DNA of 52,005 nucleotides. Origin: Methylophaga sp. (GTDB lineage: Bacteria > Pseudomonadota > Gammaproteobacteria > Nitrosococcales > Methylophagaceae). The DNA is taken from assembly GCA_033721795.1 (NCBI GenBank), contig JAWWAG010000001.1:1-52005 (forward strand). Reading direction: 5' to 3'. A model generated the notes under the pieces. That model did not search any database. It saw only the letters and a list, made by a program, of their open reading frames with translations, and was not told where the DNA came from. Shown here piece by piece: positions 45,874-52,005 of this stretch. The translations under genes were made by a program, and so were the position numbers. How positions within the stretch are numbered: position 1 is the stretch's first letter; each line of letters begins with the position of its first letter.

Positions 45874-47055
45874 TTAGAATAGCTCTATATCTCCGGTATC
45901 CATATGTCGCTGATTAACAGCTTTATGTTCGGTATTTTCCATAGCAGGTTTTATCGACGCCATCCGTGCTTTCAGGTCGCTCAGTTTAGCCTGCTGATTG
46001 ACGGGATCAGCCGTCTGCTGTGTCAGCGTTTCACTGAGGTGCTCGGTAAACGTCAATAATTCTCGCAACACTTTCAGACGATTGGCAATATGTTCCAGAA
46101 GTTGTCTGGACATATCTTCAAACTGTAAAGACTGCACTGCCAGTCCAACAGATTGATTAATCTCGTCACTTATTACATTGCTTTCGCTAATGGCTGATTG
46201 AGTGCGCTGGTTTGTTTCGCCAATATAGCGTGTCATGTCCTCGACCTTCTGCTTACCGTCCAGAGCCACGTTCATGTCAGCTGATGCCACACGATTGACG
46301 ACACTGCTGACATTATCGAGCTTGTCGATAACTTCACTGCTTAAAACATTGATTTGATCACTCAAAGTATCGGACGACAATGACAGCTTACGTATCTCTT
46401 CGGCAACCACCGAAAAACCGCGACCGGCTTCACCGGCCCGTGCAGCTTCGATAGAGGCATTAAGTGATAACAAGCTGATACTGGAAGCAATGCCTTTAAC
46501 GTTCTCAAGCAACCCAAGAACTGCATTCACCTTGGCGGTCATATCATCCAGACTATGCATCAGATAAACGCTGTCTTTACTGTTTTGTAAGATAATCTCG
46601 ACAAAATGGTTCAATAAATATTCCGTTTCCGAAATAAAGACCTCAAAACTCATGCTTTCGGCATCTTTGTCGGTATTGTTATCACGATACAAACTGTCGA
46701 AGATCTGCTTTTGTCGTTCTGCCTGCTCAGTCAGTCCATGAAAACTGTTTGATAAATTGTTGACGGCATCATCAATCAACGCTGTGACCTGATCCGTTTC
46801 TGACTCTAGATGCCGGAGTTGCTCATCAAATAACAGTGTGGATTCATTCATTAATGCCGTTGATGCCGGTTCAATGGTTTGTGCTTTTAGCGAGGTATCT
46901 TCGGAGACTGCGGGCTTGGGTTTTAACCAAATGACCGATAACGTTGCCAACAAAACCAACAATGCCCCCATCCAGCCGGTTAGCCAATATGTCACTGCAA
47001 TCCAGACAGCCACAGTAATCACTAGCATTTTATTTTGGCGGCTTTGCACAATCAT
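45874..47055 (-). CDS. Methyl-accepting chemotaxis protein without a periplasmic sensor domain
   Basis: Two adjacent TMs; LLSLNASIEAARAGEAGRGFSVVAEEIRKL; LQFED. Confidence 0.88.
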   Translation of the reverse strand: MIVQSRQNKMLVITVAVWIAVTYWLTGWMGALLVLLATLSVIWLKPKPAVSEDTSLKAQTIEPASTALMNESTLLFDEQLRHLESETDQVTALIDDAVNNLSNSFHGLTEQAERQKQIFDSLYRDNNTDKDAESMSFEVFISETEYLLNHFVEIILQNSKDSVYLMHSLDDMTAKVNAVLGLLENVKGIASSISLLSLNASIEAARAGEAGRGFSVVAEEIRKLSLSSDTLSDQINVLSSEVIDKLDNVSSVVNRVASADMNVALDGKQKVEDMTRYIGETNQRTQSAISESNVISDEINQSVGLAVQSLQFEDMSRQLLEHIANRLKVLRELLTFTEHLSETLTQQTADPVNQQAKLSDLKARMASIKPAMENTEHKAVNQRHMDTGDIELF

Positions 47056-47067
47056 TCCCCTTAAAAT

Positions 47068-48099
47068 TCATAGCTGCTGCATAATTGCATCGGCTATTTT
47101 TTCCAGCGGCAGCAGTGTATCTCCGGCGCCGTATTCATAGGCTGAACCGGGCATGCCCCAGACAATTGAACTGGCTTCATCTTGAATCAGATTCATCGCG
47201 CCGGCTTCGCGCATGCGTACCATTGCCATAGCCCCATCATCTCCCATACCGGTCAGCATCACGCCAACCGCATTGGGCCCGACCTGACTGGCAACCGAAT
47301 CAAATAATACTTCTACAGAAGGTTTATGCCGGTTAACTGGGTCACCTTCTGATACCTTGCATAAATAACGGGCACCACTTTTAATCACTGATAAATGTCG
47401 TTCTCCCGGGGCTACATAAGCATGTCCAGGTAAAATTTGCTGACCATCACTGGCTTCGACCACGGTTATGGCTGCCAATTTATTAACCCGATTGGCAAAG
47501 GCCGCGCTGAACGCAGCAGGAATATGCTGGGTAATCACGATACCGGGTGCATCTGCCGGCAATGCGCACAACACTGCCCTTATGGCTTCCGTCCCCCCCG
47601 TTGAGGCGCCGATAGCAATGATTTTTTCCGTGGTACGTAAATGCGTAGGTTGAACCGTTTTCGGTGTGGTCTGCTGCGGAGCAACCGGAGAAAATAAGCG
47701 CTTATTTTGGGCGGCAGCTTTAATTTTGCCAATGATTTCAGTGCTGTAATCTGCCAATTGTGATGACACATCCAGTTTGGGTTTGGATACGAAATCAAAT
47801 GCACCAAGTTCCAGCGCCTGCAAGGTGACCTCAGCACCTCTTTCCGTCAGACTGGAAATCATCACCACCGGCATCGGCCGCAGACGCATCAAGTTTTTCA
47901 AAAAAGTAATGCCGTCCATTTTCGGCATTTCAACATCCAGCGTCAGCACATCGGGATTAAGCTGTTTGATTTTCTCACGCGCCATAAACGGATCCACCGC
48001 CGTTCCGACGACGCTAATGCCCGGGTCAGTTTCCAGAATTTCCGTCAACAACTTACGAATCAATGCCGAGTCATCAACGATAAGTACTTTAATCGTCAT
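47068..48099 (-). CDS. cheB: Chemotaxis methylesterase response regulator
   Basis: REC (LDVEMP); [23 protein letters not shown]; ATG at 48099. Confidence 0.95.
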   Translation of the reverse strand: MTIKVLIVDDSALIRKLLTEILETDPGISVVGTAVDPFMAREKIKQLNPDVLTLDVEMPKMDGITFLKNLMRLRPMPVVMISSLTERGAEVTLQALELGAFDFVSKPKLDVSSQLADYSTEIIGKIKAAAQNKRLFSPVAPQQTTPKTVQPTHLRTTEKIIAIGASTGGTEAIRAVLCALPADAPGIVITQHIPAAFSAAFANRVNKLAAITVVEASDGQQILPGHAYVAPGERHLSVIKSGARYLCKVSEGDPVNRHKPSVEVLFDSVASQVGPNAVGVMLTGMGDDGAMAMVRMREAGAMNLIQDEASSIVWGMPGSAYEYGAGDTLLPLEKIADAIMQQL

Positions 48100-48112
48100 T
48101 GTTTTAACTTCT

Positions 48113-48742
48113 TCATTCGAATAACTCGACACTGCCGGTATCCGGCAATGCCGCCAAAGTCTGCTCATATTGCCGTTCGCGGTTTATGACCGTAGCGTTA
48201 TGCAATTGGCGCAGTTTTTTTACCCGTAATTGACCTGTTGCCGGGTAGTACATTACTTTTCGAGCAAAACGATCACCGAGATCTTCGGCCATTAATGTCA
48301 GGTTTTCCTGTTGTACATAACGCCGGGCAAAGGTGATATTGCGCTCACCAATATCCGTCATTGTACTAATCACCCTGCCGCCGCCCGTCAGCTTAATCTC
48401 CAGAGATTGACGGTTGCCGCCTAGCTTAAGAATTTCATTAATCAAATGTTCCATGGCATAACTGCCATAACGGGTGGCCATATCTAACCAGCTATCTTGA
48501 CCACTCTCGCTCACATGCGGCAGCATAAAATGATTCATTCCGCCAACACCCATATTTGCATCTCTGACACAGGCAGAAACGCATGAACCCAGTGTTGTCA
48601 CCAGTACCTCGTCAGTGCGGCGAGTGACATACACCTGACCCGGCAACAGTTTGGCAGCCCAGCGCAGCTGGGTTTTATCCCAGTAGCGATTGATATGTTC
48701 AAAGCCGCTCTCAGAAGGCGGCATTTTCAATGAGCAATTCAT
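48113..48742 (-). CDS. cheD: Chemoreceptor glutamine deamidase
   Basis: [30 protein letters not shown]. Confidence 0.93.
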   Translation of the reverse strand: MNCSLKMPPSESGFEHINRYWDKTQLRWAAKLLPGQVYVTRRTDEVLVTTLGSCVSACVRDANMGVGGMNHFMLPHVSESGQDSWLDMATRYGSYAMEHLINEILKLGGNRQSLEIKLTGGGRVISTMTDIGERNITFARRYVQQENLTLMAEDLGDRFARKVMYYPATGQLRVKKLRQLHNATVINRERQYEQTLAALPDTGSVELFE

Positions 48743-49575
48743 CCGGTCAGCTTTTGATAAATGGTCTGACCCAGATTATTGAAGCGATCGGAAACCTTAT
48801 AAAGGGATTCGGAATGACCGATAAACAAATGCCCCCGGGGCGCCAAAATATCTGCATAACGGGCAAATAGCTGCCGCTGCGTGTCTTTGTCGAAATAAAT
48901 GACCACATTACGACAAAAAATCACATCGAATGGCCCGCGCATTGGCCAGTTTGTCAGCAAATTCAGTCGCTTGAAATGCACCAGTTGCCGGAGCTCTTCA
49001 CGAACCCTGACCAACCCTTGATGCTGACCACGCCCTTTTTGAAAAAATCGTTTGATTTGTTCCGGTGGCATACCGGTTAAACGTTCTTCAGTGTATATCC
49101 CCTGCCGGCCGGTTTCGATGACATTGCCATCCAGATCGGTGGCCAGAATTTTGATATCCCAATCTCGCCAATCCGGTATCGTCTCACATAAAACCATCGC
49201 AATACTGTAGGGCTCCTCACCGGTCGAACAACCCGCTGACCAGATGCGTAACCGGCGATCACTTTGATGTTGCTTGCGCAACTGTGGCACCAGTGTTTCG
49301 GTCAGATAGCTGAAATGGTGCTTTTCACGAAAAAAGGCCGTCAGGTTAGTCGTAATCGCGTTGATTAAATAATCCTGCTCTTCAGCATCACCGGCTTCAA
49401 ACAGCGCACAAAAAGCATCAAAATCACCACCATGCGTCTGACGTACCCGCCGGGATAAGCGACCGTAGACCATATCCATTTTGGAGGCATTGATTACTAT
49501 CCCGCACTGTTCGGTGACAAACCGGCGAATTCGCTCAAAATGTTTTTCAGTAAAAACCAATTCACGTTGTTTCAC
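48739..49575 (-). CDS. cheR: Chemotaxis methyltransferase
   Basis: TTNLTAFFRE, IWSAGCSTGEEPYS, FDVIFCRNVVIYF, GHSESL. Confidence 0.95.
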   Translation of the reverse strand: MKQRELVFTEKHFERIRRFVTEQCGIVINASKMDMVYGRLSRRVRQTHGGDFDAFCALFEAGDAEEQDYLINAITTNLTAFFREKHHFSYLTETLVPQLRKQHQSDRRLRIWSAGCSTGEEPYSIAMVLCETIPDWRDWDIKILATDLDGNVIETGRQGIYTEERLTGMPPEQIKRFFQKGRGQHQGLVRVREELRQLVHFKRLNLLTNWPMRGPFDVIFCRNVVIYFDKDTQRQLFARYADILAPRGHLFIGHSESLYKVSDRFNNLGQTIYQKLTG

Positions 49576-49639
49576 GTAAGGTTTCCTGAATCACGGTTTG
49601 ATTGTCGATGTTGCATTTGCTGTTTATCAGTTATGACTG

Positions 49640-51472
49640 TTAAAACTCCTCCCACTGGTCTTCTTCCTGGGATGCGCTTACAGGTTGTGGTCGACGCTGT
49701 GCGGCGGTTCTTGCTTGCGCTGTGCGGTTTGAAACCGGCTGTGCTGATGGTTGGGGTTTTCTTGGTGGGGCAGGAATAGCTGTCTGCTGCTCATCGTTAT
49801 AAAAGAACGACAACATCCGTTGCATATCCTGCGTCTGTTCATCCATCGATTTACTGGCAGCAGCAGCTTCTTCAACCAGCGACGCGTTTTGCTGAGTCAT
49901 TTCGTCCATTTGCGTCACGGCTTTATTAATTTGTTCAATCCCGGCGGATTGTTCTTCGCTGGCCGCTGCAATTTCCGAAATAATATCGCCGACTTTTTTG
50001 GCGCTGGTGACAATTTCATCCAATGCTTCATTCGACTTATCAACCAGTTTGGTGCCTTCAGTGACTTTCTCTACGCTGTCGTTGATGAGCCCTTTGATTT
50101 CTTTGGCAGCCGTTGCCGAACGTTGTGCCAGATTCCGGACTTCAGAGGCAACAACCGCAAAACCACGGCCCTGATCTCCGGCGCGGGCAGCTTCAACGGC
50201 AGCATTCAATGCCAGCAGATTGGTTTGAAAAGCAATCTCATCAATCACGCTGATGATATCGGCAACCTTTTTGCTGGAAGCGTTGATTTCACTCATGGCT
50301 TTAACGGCACTGTCTAAAACATCGCCGCCTTTTTCAGCTTGCTGACGCGCACCGGCAGCCAATTGCTCGGCCTGACGGGTATTATCCGAATTCTGCCGTA
50401 CCGTGCTGGTTAACTGCTCCATACTGGCAGCGGTTTCCTGCAATGATGATGCTTGCTCTTCGGTTCGCTGGCTCAAATCCAGGTTACCCTCGGAAATCTG
50501 ACCTGCCGCCGAGGCAATGCTCATACTGCTTTCATTAATTTCTTCAACAACGCTGAGGATTTTCTCAACGGTGGAATTTACTGCCTGCTGAATTGGTTCA
50601 TATTCTGCATCGTAAGTGCCGGTCATTTTTTTGGTCAGATCGCCTTCCGCCATTGACATCATGACATCTCCAGCCTCTTTGAGCACGGCATCGGTCATAA
50701 ATTCATTACGCTTGGCACGGGTAATATCCATCGCATAACAAATAATGCGGTCTATCTCATTATCGCTGTTAAAAATCGGGTTATAGGTGGCCCTTACCCA
50801 TTTTTCTCCCCCGTTTTTATCGACCAGTTTAAATTCACCGGCTTCAAATTGACCACGTTTCAGTTGTGCCCAAAAGTCATTATATCGTGGTGAACTCGTC
50901 ACTTCCGGCGACATCAGGGTTTTGTGATACTGGCCCAACAACTCCCGTTCACCATAACCGACCACATCAAGATAATTTTCATTGACTGCCGTAATAACGC
51001 CATCTAAATCCGTTATCAGCACACACATAGCCCGATCAATTGCTTCAATCTGACCGTCGTAATCGAGTTTTTCGTTTTTGGTTTTGGTGATCTCGGTAGC
51101 GTATTTTATAACTTTAATTGGTTTGCCATTGTCGTCGAATACCGGGTTATAGGTTGCCTGAAGCCAAACCCAGCGGCCGCTTTTTGTCAGTCGTTCATAT
51201 TCACCATGATCAAATTCACCCCGGTTAAGTTTTGCCCAGAATTCCTGATATTCAGCGCTGTTGGCGAATTCACTATCGACAAACATACGATGATGCCTGC
51301 CGATGACTTCATCGCGGCTATATCCGACAACCGCCAGAAAATTATCATTGACATCCGCTATGGTGCCATCCATTTCAAATTCGATTACACCCATCGAACG
51401 ATGAATAGTGGCTATTTTTGCCTCTAATGCATTTATTTTTTCTTCCGGTGTAGATTGTTCGTTGCTGCCCAT
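49640..51472 (-). CDS. Soluble PAS-PAS chemoreceptor with C-terminal pentapeptide
   Basis: No TM; two PAS/PAC repeats; [20 protein letters not shown]; flexible linker and QWEEF end. Confidence 0.92.
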   Translation of the reverse strand: MGSNEQSTPEEKINALEAKIATIHRSMGVIEFEMDGTIADVNDNFLAVVGYSRDEVIGRHHRMFVDSEFANSAEYQEFWAKLNRGEFDHGEYERLTKSGRWVWLQATYNPVFDDNGKPIKVIKYATEITKTKNEKLDYDGQIEAIDRAMCVLITDLDGVITAVNENYLDVVGYGERELLGQYHKTLMSPEVTSSPRYNDFWAQLKRGQFEAGEFKLVDKNGGEKWVRATYNPIFNSDNEIDRIICYAMDITRAKRNEFMTDAVLKEAGDVMMSMAEGDLTKKMTGTYDAEYEPIQQAVNSTVEKILSVVEEINESSMSIASAAGQISEGNLDLSQRTEEQASSLQETAASMEQLTSTVRQNSDNTRQAEQLAAGARQQAEKGGDVLDSAVKAMSEINASSKKVADIISVIDEIAFQTNLLALNAAVEAARAGDQGRGFAVVASEVRNLAQRSATAAKEIKGLINDSVEKVTEGTKLVDKSNEALDEIVTSAKKVGDIISEIAAASEEQSAGIEQINKAVTQMDEMTQQNASLVEEAAAASKSMDEQTQDMQRMLSFFYNDEQQTAIPAPPRKPQPSAQPVSNRTAQARTAAQRRPQPVSASQEEDQWEEF

Positions 51473-51518
51473 TTTCTTCTCCCTTAACGCAAATATGCTT
51501 TTCAGTTAAATATGGTGC

Positions 51519-51983
51519 TCAGACCGCCTCGCTATCCAGCAGATAATCGATGTTAATCAGCATTACCATCTGGCCATCGATATCCACCAGTCCCTCAAAA
51601 AAATTGGTATCAATCATTTCGCCCATCTCCGGCACCGGCTGAATCATTGTTTGATCCACCAGGTGGGTATCTGACACGGCGTCCACAACCAACCCTATAA
51701 TTTTGTTTGCCTCTTTCAGTTTCAGCACGACAACGACGGTGGTTTTGGAATAATCAAGAAACGGCATACCAAACCGCAGCCGCAAGTCGACAATCGGAAT
51801 AATGGCACCGCGCAAATTCAATACACCACAGAAATATTCAGGACTGTTAGGAATAGTCGTGACCGGCTGCCAGCCGCGGATTTCCTGAACTTGCAAAATT
51901 TCCACGGCGTATTGTTCATCACCAAGCTGAAAACTCAGATATTCACGCTCACTGGTGTTGGTATTGGTTGCTGCTTGATTCAT
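51519..51983 (-). CDS. cheW: Chemotaxis coupling protein
   Basis: VQEIRG, GVLNLRGAIIPIVDLR, GLVVDAVSD. Confidence 0.95.
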   Translation of the reverse strand: MNQAATNTNTSEREYLSFQLGDEQYAVEILQVQEIRGWQPVTTIPNSPEYFCGVLNLRGAIIPIVDLRLRFGMPFLDYSKTTVVVVLKLKEANKIIGLVVDAVSDTHLVDQTMIQPVPEMGEMIDTNFFEGLVDIDGQMVMLINIDYLLDSEAV

Positions 51984-52005
51984 TTTCAGACCTCTTCTTC
52001 AATCA

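Noticed and set aside
49751-50317. 188-aa antisense ORF and the many other 60-160 aa shadow ORFs
   Set aside because: They lie within well-supported genes on the opposite strand or frame and show no motifs
1-52005. CRISPR arrays, tRNA/rRNA, IS elements, integrases, prophage or defence genes
   Set aside because: No spaced direct repeats or recognisable RNA genes, and no mobile-element or defence protein motifs were seen; the recurring intergenic motifs are sigma54/NtrC sites

Overview
Gene-dense (about 42 CDS) chromosomal window from a gammaproteobacterium; the genus cannot be established from the sequence. No rRNA, tRNA, CRISPR, IS or prophage features were recognised. From left to right: (1) a lytic transglycosylase; (2) an uncharacterised envelope module: type-1 copper cupredoxin, dCache-HAMP-degenerate GGDEF-EAL phosphodiesterase, DUF3034 outer-membrane barrel, lipoprotein group I truncated haemoglobin, and a convergent diguanylate cyclase with a paralogous sensor domain; (3) a NemR-like TetR divergon with an exported catalase-like haem protein, GST, cysteine hydrolase, an atypical PQQ beta-propeller, a quinone reductase and a sugar-dehydrogenase/lactonase fusion; (4) an 18-kb assimilatory nitrate/nitrite cluster (nirBD-nasA, porin, nasT, nasFED, narK, phosphatase-kinase) with five readable sigma54/NtrC promoters, ANTAR-type RNA leaders, an unannotated 37-aa ORF where nasS usually lies, and an embedded NarX-like DGC/EAL pair; (5) marR plus a lipoprotein, and ycjXF; (6) MetOD1, PAS-GGDEF-EAL and CHASE-PAS-GGDEF genes; (7) a PA2779/PA2778-like pair; (8) the distal part of a che cluster (cheW, mcp, cheR, cheD, cheB, mcp) ending in a STAS protein and a BLUF-REC-PP2C phosphatase. 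The best candidate for an undescribed system is module 2. Family assignments come from motif recognition by eye, not database searches.
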